Below, piece after piece: positions 45,401 to 61,212 of a stretch of 64,000 bases of DNA (positions are counted from its first letter, which is position 1; each line of letters opens with the position of its first letter). The translations under genes and the position numbers were made by a program. Where the stretch lies: positions 480,127 through 544,126 of the forward strand of contig NW_005434670.1 of NCBI RefSeq assembly GCF_000315625.1, written 5' to 3'. The stretch comes from Guillardia theta CCMP2712. Taxonomy: Eukaryota > Protista > Cryptophyta. Below the pieces are notes generated by a model. The model did no database searches, was not told the origin of the DNA, and saw only the letters and a program-made list of their open reading frames with translations.

Positions 45401-46626
45401 GTCCCTGCCGATGGGCACCTCGGCAATGCGACCGATTCCCCATGCATTATCATGTTCATCTCGTAATTCAACCAGTGCATTCTCCTGAATAATTCCTGGA
45501 CAATCGTCTCGAGTAAACAGTTTTAGTCGTGGAGTCGTCGGCGTCGAGGCTTCCTTGGCAGCGGGAGGCTTCATTCTTGGATACGGGGAGTTGTCGTTAG
45601 GCAGTGCACTAGGTTGATTCGGTCCAATCCACGGCGTCGTGTAAGAAATCTTTGAGACAGGTTTCCGGGGAGGAGGGTCTATCACTTTGCACAAATACTG
45701 CCACTCCCGTACTTCGATCACATCACAGGTGATGTACTTGCTTCTGAGCAAGTCCATGAATTCCTTGACCACTTGGGTCTCAGTCTCAATCTCCCCTTTG
45801 CCGCTGCGGATCTTCTTGTCGACAGCCGTCCATGTCGATTTGATCATACTCCGCAGGTTGCTGTGTATCGTTTCGTTCATCTCACGTTTGTGAGCATACT
45901 CGTCAACGGTTGTCTCTGCATTCTTCTTGATCCGGGTCAGGGAGTCGATCAGGTCGGATTGCGGTATGTTCAACTTCACATCCGGATCAGGCAACTTGAA
46001 ATGCTGCCTCTCACCATCGTCAAAGTCGATGGTGAACTGCTCTTCAACCCTGCCGGTCTCCGTGGGCATGACCTTGAACTCTGCGATGGTCCCGGGGTAC
46101 CAGATCCCATCATCGAACAGCACCCGGACTGGGTTCCCGATCTGCAACAAAGAGTCATCAACCCATCTCGCTGAACCTCTCGACTCAATGGCCCGCCCCA
46201 CCTGAAAGAATCGATTCCCTGCCGGCTTTGCTGGCGGTCTGATCCTGTCCCCGTCGATGTCCAGCCATTCGTCATCCTCATCCGTCGCGCCCACATAGCG
46301 AACAAGAACCTGACAATTGGACACACTCAGCCGGTAGCACGCCCGAGGGCTGTGGATCCATCAAATTCGTGTACAAGGCTCACCTTACTGTTCTCACACC
46401 TCCTGACGTTGACCTCCCACCACTCGTTGTCAGCGCATGCCTCGCACGAGATCCCTTCTCTGAAGTCGAAATTTTCCCACCAGTTTGGTGGATAGCTTGG
46501 TTGCACCTGCAGTACGACAGGCCCCGTTACATTCGACGCTCCTTCACAGCAAGCCCAGTCTTGTGATACCTGGGGTGTCTCCGACATTTCGGACGTGGGT
46601 CCACTTACACTCACAGATTCCGCCAT
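42493..46626 (-). CDS. Large putative chromatin protein: several Tudor/Agenet-like domains, chromo-like segment with LysM, low-complexity tail
   Basis: Tudor-like units: EACADNEWWEVNV..VLVRYVG...DDEWL, IGNPVRVLFDDGIWYPGTI...FTIDFDDGE, VEVELDSSWFRAKV, GEMVEVR...WVPGEV. LysM YTATDGERVRDIAKRYGVNLAKVLELN...TKIILP. One exon of about 2.9 kb plus short spliced exons. Confidence 0.8.
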
Positions 46627-48254
46627 TTCCAATCAGGGGATCAAATCTTGGAGTCTCGTTTCCACCGAGCGGCTCAAACTCTCCTTCGCGCGTCGTGTTC
46701 GTGCTTCTGTCTCCTCCTAGCTCCTCAACCAAAGCGCATGTGCTTCCTGGTGTATCTCAAGAAGAAACTGCATCATCAGCTCCTTTCCAGCTTCTTCACT
46801 TTAACTCCTCCCCCTTCTTCTACTCTCTCTGCTCTCCTCCTCTTCTACCCTTCGCTTACTCGCGTCTCCATTCCCGCCCACCATCGACGGATTACCACCC
46901 CAATCCAGCCTCACCCTACCCCCTTCACCATTACAATGCCAACCCTACCCCTGCCTTCATCATTCATGAGTTTTTGTACCCCTCATTTTCCTGTCTTCAA
47001 AGTACTATTTGACCCGTGATGTATCACCTCTACCCCTCAATATTCGATTGCTACCCATCCTAAAAGAACTGACAACCCCTACCTTCAAAGGAGTACACCC
47101 CACCTATGGTTTACGCCTTATCAAACAGCATATCGCCCAGGGTAGGCACAAATCTTCCTAGAAAAATTTAAATTCACTCTTCATAATTTGAACAATTATA
47201 GTATAATTTAGATTAATCATTACACTCACACCTCAATTTCGATGATTCCATCTGTCTGCTGGTACCCTACCCCATACAGGTTTCACTCCACATCCAATCA
47301 ACCCAAGACTACCCTCACCCCCACATTATACATAAACTACCCCTCTTATTCCCAAGTGATTCCAACACCCCACCTCACCATTGTCAACATCTACCCACCA
47401 ACTCTAAATTCAATACCTTTCACAACAAGGCTACCCACCCACTTACCCTCATCACCCCCACCCCCTTCAAACAGGCCGATTGCCCCAACCACGTGAGTCG
47501 CCTATGGCCTCCCGCAACCTTCGTGTCCCTGTGCTCATATCCTCCAACATCACCTCCACCACCACCTCCTCCTCCTCCGTGCTCTCCTTACATGACACAC
47601 GGTCCTTTTGTCCTCTCTCCTGGCCCTCCTCCTGATTGTTAGGCTGCTCATGCCGCCTGCTTTCCTTCCACATCATCCCATCTCCTTGTGGCTGGTTTAG
47701 GCAGCGAAGTGCAAAAGTTGGAGCGCAGGAGTGTAGCTTTGTCCTCGCCATGCCATGCCATGCCCGTCATCTTATCTCCTCTGGCTTCCTTTTCGATACT
47801 TCTATCATGTTCGTGTCTCTCTCTGTCAACTACTGCTTCCACTTGCATACGATGTTCAGTCAGCTCTACTTGCAGCGCGCAGTCGTGGATCACCTTTCCT
47901 TTGCTGGCTGTTTGTAAGCTATAGGGTCTGTTGACGTGATTGATTCTGCTTGGCTGTTGGTTCAGCATGCTTTCTGATGCAGCATCAGTGGTCTGGTGGC
48001 GTTGTTCGATGTTGGTGTTGGTTGACCCTTGACGAAAGAAGCACACCAGTATACAAGAGACGAGTGATGAGGCATGTACCAGCCCCGATCTCAGCTTTGT
48101 TTCTTGTTTCTAGATAGTTATGTCCCATCTATACTCTTTGATTCGTACCTCAAAAGTTTTTAGGGGACCCAAGGCATGAAACTTTGTGATTAGGGCATGC
48201 CACGCTTGGTGCGCTGCAACTGATTTGTCCTTCATTCTAGAATCTGATCGAAAC

Positions 48255-50575
<2,321 letters not shown>

Positions 50576-50748
50576 GGTGAAAGGCCTCCGTTCCCTCTAA
50601 GGAAGGAAGCTGCAACTTAGATAAGACACACGCATGAAGGCAAGGAGCCATTCTTGCCCCCTCTCCGGCGAAGGATTCTGCAGATCAATTTCTTTTCGCT
50701 GCTTTTCGACTGTAAATTTAGCTGATTCGTGACCTCCACCCCTTGCTT

Positions 50749-52111
50749 TCAGTCCGAGTCGTCCGATTCGTCCGAGTCGTCTCGCATCTCCTCCGGCAGT
50801 TTTGCGCCTTGACGGAACAGCGTCAGGTCGGATAGGATGGAGAGAACGAATGTCACCGGGGGGGGCTGGCGAGTCCGGGTCCCTCTCGATCATTTCCGGG
50901 TCTACTCCCTCCTGGGACTGAAACCAAGTGAGGGGCGAGTAGGAGGGCAGCAACCGCCGCTTTCACCATCTTCATCTTCACAGCAGGCTTCGGGACTCCC
51001 ATCTTGAGCATCTTGAAGTACTTGGAGTACCGAGCGTCGTCCTTGAGGAGAATGACGGGCTCTGAGGACCAGACGTGAGCAAGAAAGGAGGTGGGGAGGA
51101 AGGGAGAGGGAAGGACGAAGGGCGGGAAAGGGAGGGAGGGAGGGCAGGTCGGACAGGGAGGGGTTGGACGGAAGGACGTAGTCACGGAGAGGAACGAATT
51201 GGGGGACGGCGGGGTGGGAGGGGGGGNNNNNNNNNNNNNNNNNNNNNNNNNNNNNNNNNNNNNNNNNNNNNNNNNNNNNNNNNNNNNNNNNNNNNNNNNN
51301 NNNNNNNNNNNNNNNNNNNNNNNNNNNNNNNNNNNNNNNNNNNNNNNNNNNNNNNNNNNNNNNNNNNNNNNNNNNNNNNNNNNNNNNNNNNNNNNNNNNN
51401 NNNNNNNNNNNNNNNNNNNNNNNNNNNNNNNNNNNNNNNNNNNNNNNNNNNNNNNNNNNNNNNNNNNNNNNNNNNNNNNNNNNNNNNNNNNNNNNNNNNN
51501 NNNNNNNNNNNNNNNNNNNNNNNNNNNNNNNNNNNNNNNNNNNNNNNNNNNNNNNNNNNNNNNNNNNNNNNNNNNNNNNNNNNNNNNNNNNNNNNNNNNN
51601 NNNNNNNNNNNNNNNNNNNNNNNNNNNNNNNNNNNNNNNNNNNNNNNNNNNNNNNNNNNNNNNNNNNNNNNNNNNNNNNNNNNNNNNNNNNNNNNNNNNN
51701 NNNNNNNNNNNNNNNNNNNNNNNNNNNNNNNNNNNNNNNNNNNNNNNNNNNNNNNNNNNNNNNNNNNNNNNNNNNNNNNNNNNNNNNNNNNNNNNNNNNN
51801 NNNNNNNNNNNNNNNNNNNNNNNNNNNNNNNNNNNNNNNNNNNNNNNNNNNNNNNNNNNNNNNNNNNNNNNNNNNNNNNNNNNNNNNNNNNNNNNNNNNN
51901 NNNNNNNNNNNNNNNNNNNNCCGTCAAGGCTGTCGAACATGTTCACACCTTGTGGCTGAGCTGGTGCTGGAGGAGCAGCCGGAGGTTCAGCGCTGACGTT
52001 GGTCACTTGCGCTTCTGGACCTGTATGAATCTGCGCGGCTGTGGTTGAGCCACTGGGAGCGCTGGAAGTAGAGGAGGAGGGAGCCTCGTTGGGGGGCGCG
52101 TTTGTCGCTGC

Positions 52112-52203
<92 letters not shown>

Positions 52204-52473
52204 TGACAAGGAGGCTCCGGGGGATGCTCTCTAGCTTGGCCTCGAGGATGATGAGGGTCGTCGATATCCTTCCCAAGTCGTACTCCACTTGCTTCAGCTT
52301 CTTGTCGCATCGCGACGCAAATCGGTTGAGGAACTGAGTGGTGGACACGACGAACTGCCAGAGGATCGCTGAGAGGGCGCGAGGAGGAGGTAGGGGCTCA
52401 CCTGGTTGACCAGACTCGCTGTGACCTTGTAGTTGACTGCACGGACGTGCGACAGGTTGATCTTGCTCTCCAT
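50749..52473 (-). CDS. WASHC3: WASH complex subunit 3 (CCDC53)
   Basis: VNYKVTASLVNQ|FVVSTTQFLNRFASRCDKKL...IILEAKLESIP and KDDARYSKYFKMLKMGVPKPAVKMKM..EGVDP, with acidic end DDSDESDDSD*. Spans a gap. Confidence 0.92.
51227..51920. other. Assembly gap (694 N)
   Basis: N run. Confidence 1.
52115..52201 (-). repeat. (CAG)29 tract in WASHC3
   Basis: Pure CTG array on the + strand, in frame as poly-Gln. Confidence 0.95.
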
Positions 52474-54234
52474 CTTGACTCCTCCTCCTTCTCTCTATGA
52501 CTCCATCTTATTCCCGGCCAAAGCGCATGAGACTTCAGAAGAACTCCTGCCACATGTCTGAGGAACTATCAGCACAACAGCTCGAGAGAAATTGATGAGG
52601 AATCTTTCATTCGACACGGGATGTGTGCTCCCAACTCTTGCAAGCACATGCTGCACATAAAAACAGCTCCAGGCTCTGCTTCCCGTGTTTGTGGATTTCC
52701 AGCTAACCCACGTCGCACCGTCGCACTTCGGCGCAGACTCAGCAATTCCTACCTTGACGTCGCTATGCCCTACATGCTGTTTCGCTCGCTCCTCTCTCTG
52801 CCTGCCCTCTGTCTCTGATACACTCTCTTGCTTCTTCTTCCTCCTCGCTTCCTCCCCCTTCCTCCCTCCATCCTCGCATCCCTCCCTTCCCTCCCCCTTC
52901 TTCCTGCTTCGTCACATGGCGCGCCATCGTGCCCGCCTCACTGATCATTCTGTTCCCTAGCAGGTTCCCTAGCCAGGCCCGGCCTGAGTCCGAGTGACAG
53001 ACGGTGCCCGGTCGTACCCGGGCCGGGCCGGTGCCACGGTGAGTCCGACGGTCGCCCGGGGCCCCTGCAGCCCGGGCCCGGACCCGGCCGCCGCGGGGCC
53101 GGCGGCGGATCGGCGCCGAACCGTATTAACTCAGTCAACGGGACGAGGGCCGCGCCTGACACTCTTTTTTTTTTTGGTCACTGTCGCACAGGCCGCACGG
53201 CGAGAAGAGAAAAGACAGCGAGAACCAAACCTAATCCTGCCAACTGCTGTCCCCCAAACTTAACTGATACCTTCACTTAACTGCGCGCACTGGGACATTT
53301 CCCGGCCCGGCTGCGCTATGCCAGCGCTCGGACCGTCGTGACTCCCGGGTCGGACTATCCGCGGCCCAGGTACGCATACCGGAAAGGCTTCCGAATGCAC
53401 CCGCGATGATTTGACGGAATACAAGTTTGTTAGACTTGTACTAGTCCAAAGTCACGCAGACATCACATCGACCTTAGTTGTAACAAGACAGTTTTTGCTC
53501 AAGACCGAGTTTAATGCACACAAAACCAGAATTGAGGAGCACATGAGAGATAGACTGTATGCTAGGATGTGAAACCCAAGCATCCAGACATGAGAGGACC
53601 TTAGCAAGACGGCTAGGAAAGCCCCCTCTTCGTCCCACACGCTACATTGGCCGCCTCGAAACACGTAAGTCGTCTTGGTTTACAGGAGAGTTTTTGTTAA
53701 CTCGGCGCTATCTGACTGGCACGGCTGGCATACGTTCCATCAGATGGCAGCGAAGGACAGGGAGGCCTTGAGCTGACGAAAGATCCTGGACCAGATGCAG
53801 TGACCGGCGTGCAGGCTCCGAGTCGCCGAGTCGCCGGACTGAGTACCGGCGGTAGCACTGCTTGCAGTCAAATTGAGCTTGGAATCATCGCAATGACGAG
53901 CGAGCTCAGAGTTCCGAGCGGCAGCGATGATCGGACTCGATCGGTTTCAGGCGGCCCGGCAGAAGTTGTAATGGTTCAAGTAATGATGATGGCACAGGGC
54001 CCCAGACGGTCACGGTGGCACTCACAGACGGTTGCATATTGAGTTCACTGTTCATGCCACGCCGGATTGACGCGCTGCGAGTCTACTTTCAGCCCCCGCA
54101 AAACAGTCAGCCAGGTTGAACGACCGCGAGTTGTGGTGCACACTGTAAGAACTTGTCGGAGTCTCCGTGTGCCTCTTTCACATGCAACTTTACAATAAAT
54201 TACGATTTCAGATCCAAAAAAGTGATGCGACGGG

Positions 54235-55298
54235 TTAAATCTTGACGAAAACCCTCTGACGAGAATACAACTTGATAGCCTTGTCCACCTCGTTCAATTT
54301 GGTCTGCGCAGAATTCAGGAAAAGTCATGAAGGATGGCACGATGAAACGAGTCACCTCGAGCGAAGTTTTCTGCCTGTCGAGGGAGGGCGTGTCGATAAT
54401 GCAGGGGAGATCTGCTAAAGCGCGCAGCAGCTTCAGTTTGTGCTCATCGAGCTGCGCAAGAACAGCCTTCCTGTCCTCGTCCTGCATTCTGTTTAGTCGT
54501 TCTTGTCTTGAAAAGATCTCACCCTCACTTTCATTAGCCGCATGCCTGGCGGACAATCGTCTGGGAATTCGTGCATGTGTTTGATAGTCTCCTCCCTTTT
54601 TCTCAGCATCTCTTCTTTGCGCTTGATGATGTAGCTCGGAACCTTACCATAGCTCTCATGCCTGTTGAAGGCAGCGACGTCATAAAGTGGTCAATAGGAA
54701 GAGGAAAGGTCATACTTGTCGGACGGGCTCTGGTTGAGGTTCTGCTGCTTGAGGGGAGTCTGGCTGCTGGCTCGAATGACTTCGAGAGCGTTTCGTTTGA
54801 CGTAGTCGACATCCTTCCTCGCGCTATTTGCTTCCACGGACTTGAAGGTCTCACGAGTAGGAACAGGAGGCTTCATCTTCAGCCTCGTTCGCTCTGCCTC
54901 GTAATCCTGAGAGCGGCGATCGCAAACTCTCTGAACGCCCTCCCCCTTCCGGATGAAAGCATGCCCGGCTGTCGTCGGCCTCTCCAACTCGCTGCGATTC
55001 AGGTTCTCTTTCACTTGACTCGTGGCGTTCTTGAACCGAGCGAGCTTGAAGGGCTCTGGGGCCGTTCTTGGCCTGGCCATCTCCGACTCGGATCGAGCTT
55101 GTTGCATCTCCTGTATCCTCCTCACATTCTCACGCGCATGATCCTTGGGCTTGATGCCCTGCCGCTTGAGTGCTTCCCGTTCATTCGCAACTGCCGCTCA
55201 GTCAGATGTCACCCGGCATCAAGGGATCTCTCACTTGGATATAGTATCGCGCGCATGACGCAGCCATCCGACTGCCTCGCTATCCCACCACGGGGCAT
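54235..55298 (-). CDS. Enkurin-domain protein (ENKD1/enkurin-like, flagellar)
   Basis: KDHARENVRRIQEMQ, PFKLARFKN, KPPVP, DYVKRNA, YGKVPSYIIKRK, CPPGMRLM, LE.KLNEVDKAIKLYSRQRVFVKI*. Confidence 0.88.
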
Positions 55299-55507
55299 CT
55301 TGATGCTACAGCACTTGCGACCCCCTGCAGAGAGCCATAAGAATTCCTGGAGTAGCAGAACCTTTTGCGAAAGAATGTACAACATGGCAGCCAATAGCTT
55401 GCCCGCTGACGGTCTCCTCCTCCCCCTCCCCCTCCTCCTCCTTCTCCATATCTACTGACTGGCCCCCACGTCTTCCCTGTCCCCCCCCTCCTCCCTTCCT
55501 TCAATTC

Positions 55508-55747
55508 TCCCTCGCTCCCTCGCTCCCTCGCTCCCTCGCTCCCTCGCTCCCCCGCTCCCCCGCTCCCTCGCTCCCCCGCTCCCCCGCTCCCTCGCTCCCT
55601 CGCTCCCCCGCTCCCACGCTCCCCCGCTCCCTCGCTCCCTCGCTCCCTCGCTCCCACGCTCCCCCGCTCCCTCGCTCCCTCGCTCCCTCGCTCCCTCGCT
55701 CCCTCGCTCCCTCGCTCCCTCGCTCCCTCGCTCCCTCGCTCCCTCGC
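55508..55747. repeat. 8-bp tandem repeat (CGCTCCCT/C/A)n
   Basis: Direct reading; about 30 units next to a gap. Confidence 0.95.
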
Positions 55748-55764
55748 TGACTCTCGTCAGAGGC

Positions 55765-55864
55765 NNNNNNNNNNNNNNNNNNNNNNNNNNNNNNNNNNNN
55801 NNNNNNNNNNNNNNNNNNNNNNNNNNNNNNNNNNNNNNNNNNNNNNNNNNNNNNNNNNNNNNNN
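55765..55864. other. Assembly gap (100 N)
   Basis: N run. Confidence 1.
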
Positions 55865-56326
55865 AAAAAAAAACCCCCAGGGTTGGGCAGACTATACGTC
55901 GATCCATGCCGCATCGGAAAACAGAAGGGCAGTGCGCGGGAGAATCTCATCTCCCTCACACACTTTATTTCAGACGTATCCTTGAGGATATCATTGTAGG
56001 GCAATTAATATATTTAGCTAATAATAAGTATTTTAGACAAAAGATACGGACATAGGCTCACCCCCCAGTAAATGGATAGTAGGCCAGGTGGGGTACCTGA
56101 CTACCTCAGCGGGTACCCACCCTACCCGGATGTACTGTAATGGGGGATAGGAGGAGGTGGGGTGGGAGCCCCAGCAATCCTTGAGAGAAGGGCAAGCTGG
56201 GGTGGTAGTTTCAGGGGAAAAGGAGGGGTGCATTTGTTTACCTCTGATCTGTGGGGGATCATGGCGGGACCGTAATCCAGAAGGAGGGCAGAGGAGGAGG
56301 AGGAGGAGCGAGGAGGATAGGATATC

Positions 56327-59300
56327 ATGATGAAGGACATGATGGCCATGTTGTCCAAGAGGTCCTCGCGCATCCGCTTGAGTGGAGACCTGAAGAAGAT
56401 GCTCTTCCACCGCTTCAGGAGGGGCTCCATCGTGATATGTGCGATTGGACTTGTGGGAATGGCGAGCATTGTGGTGCAGCATTACGGGATCATTCCGCTC
56501 ATCAAGACCATAGATTCAAAGAAAGGAATGCTCTCCCTGAAAGAAAACGCATCGGCTCAAAATGCAGCCAACGCTCTGAAAAACCATACGTGTGCGGGGT
56601 TTGCCCTTAAGCGTGACACGGATATAGCAGGAGGCGATCTGACGAACACGAAAACTGAGAGCATGGAGGAGTGCTGTTCCATCTGTTCCAATCATACAAG
56701 CTGCACGGCATGGTCATTCGTTCATTCGGATTCCCAATGCTGGGTCAAGTCATCAGTGTTCACACCCTCGTCCAAGGTGAACGTGACATCGGGGTTGAAG
56801 ACGCAGTCCTCTGGTATTGGCGGCCCTGAAGACTTCGACAGTGAGATTCATCGCCTCAAGGAAGAGAGCAAGGAAGCGAACGCGGTACTTCCCCTTGCCC
56901 ATGTGTCATCCCACGTTCCTGACGAGTCTTCAGGTGGACTGTTGCAAAGATGTACGAAATCGCTTCCATCTGATAGACTTCTCTGACCTCTGACGATTTC
57001 CTCTCAAGCTGTTTCGTTATGGATCCCCGACGGCAACGGGAGACAATGAAAGGCCCATCCTTTGGATGGACACTCCTTCGGGAGATTTCTCATCAGGTGC
57101 AATTGTAGGTCTTTCAAATCGGAGTTGATGTTTTCTTGCTGTAGCATTCCCGATCGGAAATGGAAGGCTGGGTGCCTTGCTGCACTTTGACCCCTGGAAG
57201 GATCGCATGGAGCTGAGTTTTGATGCTGTATCGCTTACTAGCATAGGATCGTCTGCTGAACAATGACGTAGGTTTGGACTGGAAGCCCTTACCACGGAGA
57301 GGGTTGCCCAGACAACCTAAAGATGAAACCTGTAAGAATCGCCAGCTTCAACGTCGTCTGCTCAATCTGATCTTCTCCACGCAGAGCGAACTTGTGCCTC
57401 AGGCGACACCAACCATGAAATGGACAGGACCTCACCAGGACAAGTTCATCCCAGGGCAGGTGTCCAACCAGAAGTACACGAGCCTTGACGAAGCCAAGAA
57501 AGCTTGCATAGAGATGGCAACTTGCGGTGGCTTGACTTCAGAGGGAGCAGCAGGCACCTCGTGGTTCCTGCGCGGGCCTGGGAGTCAGCTGAATGACTCT
57601 CCTAGCAAGGAGATCTCATGGCTGCTTGAAGGGAGGACCGTGAAAAAAGAAGACGATTTTTTTACATTTCAAAACGCCAGAAAGACCGCTTTTCAAGGGA
57701 ACTTTGGGGAAACAGAAAAACTGATGGATCGACTGACGGCAGGAGCGAAACTAAGCTCGTACGAATACCTCGCGCAGCTGGACATGGATTTTCGGCGCCT
57801 TCCATTCTCGGACCTCAAGGCTTACAGTCGTAGGCTGCAGCTAGATAATGCCGTGGCTACATCGAGCTTCGAGATTGAGCGCAAGCCTTCTGCGAGCGAT
57901 AACAACGAATCCACTGCAAGAGACTCTCATTCCATTCAGAGCAAGCATTCAAGGACTGCGTTTGCCAGTAAGCCAGACGAAGTCCTCTGGGTTCGACAAG
58001 AATGCGTGGAGAAACAGCAGGGATGCATGGCAGTTGACTACATGCTCACCCGGACCAATCAAAATCTCTTCAATGCCTCTCTTCATTCGTTGGTTATTGA
58101 CAATAAGGACGAGGAATACGGCTTTCTCAAGCTTCACCCTTTGGACTTGTACGCTAACGGGTACGGAAATGTTGGTTATTTCGCCTGTGCAGCGATTTTG
58201 CCCGAGAAGAATCAAGCTGGATTCATGAAGGCTCTCCCAAACAGAATAAGTGTGGAAGGCTATCAAAGGGTGGACGTTGTGATTGCAGCAGAGACTCGCT
58301 ATTCGAGAGATGGGGATGCTACCCTTGTTGACCCTCAGACGCTGGAGGGCTCCTGCAGGGCCAAGCTCACTCGTGCTCTTTCCAAGGGATTCTCGAAAGT
58401 TCTAGAGTCCCACAAAGAAGACTATTCCAAGCTCTTTGGCAGGACTCAGCTGAATCTCGCGACGGCCATGAACGGAAGTATTTCCTCGAGAAGTTGCGAT
58501 GGGAGCTTGACTACTCCTGAGCGAGTGGCTCGTTACGACAGATACTGCAAGAAACCCTCCAACTCTCGCAGTACGAAGAAAGAGAGGGTCAGAATGGTCG
58601 ACACAGGTCTGCAACAACTCTTCTTCGACTTCGGCAAATATCTCCTCATCTCCTCGTCGCGCGAAGGGGTAAGCTTACCCGACCCCCTTTCTCCTACTGT
58701 GCTCTGACTTACCAGCATTCTGAGACGTTGATGGACAGGGCCAACCTGCCAACCTAGTGGGGATATGGGCGGAGGGAGAGAGATCGCCTTGGAACGGCGA
58801 CTATCACTTGAACATCAACATGCAAATGATGTACTGGGCTGCCGACATCCTAAACCTCCCCGAGACTGTGGAGCCCCTCTTCCCCTTCATGGCCAAACTT
58901 GCTCAGAACGGAAAGATCGCGGCGGAGTGCATGTACGGCTCCCCTGGCTGGGTGGCGCACGGCTTCACAGACATCTGGATGAACGCTCGGCCACTCGGAG
59001 CGCCCGAGTGGTCGATGTGCCCTGTGTGCGGCGCATGGATGGCATTACACCTGTACGACTCGTATCGGTTCAACAGGGACAAGTCGCAACTGGTCGAGCA
59101 GACGCTCCCATTGCTCTCAGGAGCTGTGGAGTTCTTCCTGCAGTACCTGATCCCTGCTCCCGACGACAGCTGTCTGCTCAGTGGTCCTTCTCACTCCCCA
59201 GAGAACAGCTTCAAGATCGACGCGAGTGTAAGACGCTCAAGCTGTTGTCACGAATCCTGTTGCTGACCCTCGTTTCTTGTTGGCAGTTCTACCAAATCAC

Positions 59301-61212
59301 CATGTCGCCCGCAATTGACACTGCTGTGATCTTCGAGCTCTTCTCGGCATACCTGGACGGCTGCCTGTCGTTGGGATGCCATGAAGCCTCTCAGGACGAC
59401 TGTCAAAGAGCGAAGTGCCACTTAATGAGCAAGGCAAACATGACCAGGTCGAGGCTGCCCAACAAGGGCTTCCCCACCGTCGATGCCGAGGGGGTTCTAC
59501 AAGAGTACTACCGCTGGTCCAAGATGCGGTCTCATTCCGTTGCAGACCAGGGCCACAGGCACTTCTCTCCTCTCTTCAGTTTGTTCCCGGGCGAGCAGAT
59601 CAACCGGCATGAGTCGCCGGAGCTGACGGCTGCTGCAAGGAAACTCCTCGATGTCAAGATGTCTAGCGGCAGTGGACACACTGGGTGGTCGTCCGCCTGG
59701 GCAGGGTCCCTTCACGCCAGGCTCGGGGATGGGAATGGGGTACAGAAGATGGTGGATCGCATGCTCGGTCGGTTTGTGATGGGCAACTTGCTGTCGACTC
59801 ATCCTCCCCTGACGTCGAGCGTGGCCAACTGCAAGACATGCTTCAAGGAGGCTACCATGCCCATCAACGAGATCTACTGGGGGATGACGGGGGGGACGGC
59901 AAGGAACTTCATTGCCCGAGACGAATCGAAGTTTCAGCTGGACGGCAACCTGGGGTATCTGTCCCTGGTGGCAGAGTCGCTGATCCAGAGCAGGGATCGA
60001 AGATGCTACTGCAGCCCCAAGGTACTGCCTCTCTCCTACTTGCGCTGCCCGTTGACCCCGACTTGTAGGCGGCAAGCAGTTCGGCGAACGTGACGTCAGC
60101 AGGGGCGCGCCGGGTGCGCAGGCTGCGGAACCTCCTCAATGACCGCAGGCGGCATCGCACCCGCGCCCTCCTGAATGCGTCCGCGCAAGATGGAGGCAAC
60201 AGCTCCGACCTTCCGAGCTCAGTCAACGTCTCAACTGGTCTCCCGATCGTGAGCCCTCCGAGTGATGTACGAAGGCTGCTGTTTAATCTCCTGCTCTCAA
60301 TTTCGTCCCCTCTCAGGTCCCTGTGATCAATGCCCCCTTCAGCCTTAACTCGACAGCCGAATCGCCGTCGGCGGACAAGACGGCGAAGCAGGCTGGGCTG
60401 CACAGCGGCCTCCTCCCCATGTGCGTCAGAGAGGTCGAGGTTGCGCGGGAGTGACGGTTGGCAGGTTGCTCCTGCCTCCCTGGTCCTTCACCAAGGAGCA
60501 GTCCAAGGACCAGTCACAAGTGGAGCAGCCGAGCTGCAGGTAGTCGCTCTCAGTCGCTCTACCCCCGGGACCACAAGCAAGTGACCTCCTGCGCCAGGTG
60601 CTCCCATCCCTCGGAGAGCGTCTGCGAGATCGACTTGCTCCCAGCAGTTCCGTCGGACTGGAGCGACGGGTCGGTCAGGGGGCTCCGCACCCGCTGCGGC
60701 ATCTCGGTCCTCAGCGATGGCGCTGGCGCAGCAGCAGCTGCTGACGTAAGAGCAGGTGGACATGGAATGGAAGCACTACAAGCTGGTCAGCGCCACTGTG
60801 AGTGCTCGTTGCTCTCTGCATGCTCGGGTTGTCTTGTTGACTGTGCGCGGACCAGATCCGCCGCTACGACAAGTCCTCCTCCCCTGTCAAGATCCGATCA
60901 CGCAACGGACAGCTCGTCCAAGATACGGTGATTCTTCGCTCCCCTCCGCTCCCCTACCCCTCACTCTCGCTTCATCCCCCGCACCTTCCTCCTCCCCTCC
61001 TCGCTCCTCCCTCCTGTTGCTCCACCAGCGCTGAATCTCCCGGGTGGCAGCACAAAGGATCTTCTCTAGCCAAGGCATTCTCCTGGGGTTGGCGTCAGAA
61101 GTCCAACATCCGCATCGTCGGCGACGAACAGGACCCGACCGTCACGACCATCCTGGACCTGGGGCAGGAGGCAGGGGACTTGACCCTGATCCCCTCGTTC
61201 AAGGCCTCGTAG
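56327..61212 (+). CDS. GH95 alpha-L-fucosidase with N-terminal membrane anchor and PAN/apple domain
   Basis: FPIGNGRLGA, FDFGKYLLISSSR, PANL.GIW, WNGDYHLNINMQMMYW, GWVAHGFTDIW, PSHSPENSF, HRHFSPLF.LFPGEQI, TGWSSAW, NLLSTHPP, FQLDGNLG, LLPAVPSDWSDGSVRGLR. PAN: DIAGGDL...EECCSICSNHTSCTAWSF...CWVK. Confidence 0.95.

Noticed and set aside
47467-48046. Separate gene between the Tudor protein and SRP54
   Set aside because: Overlapping ORFs in several frames without motifs or a consistent splice chain.
50902-51996. Long ORFs of 294-341 aa
   Set aside because: Open only because they cross the N gap.
54571-55458. 295-aa plus-strand ORF
   Set aside because: Antisense to the well-supported enkurin-domain gene.
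55280-56004. (ERGSEGAR)n ORFs
   Set aside because: 8-bp tandem repeat plus gap.
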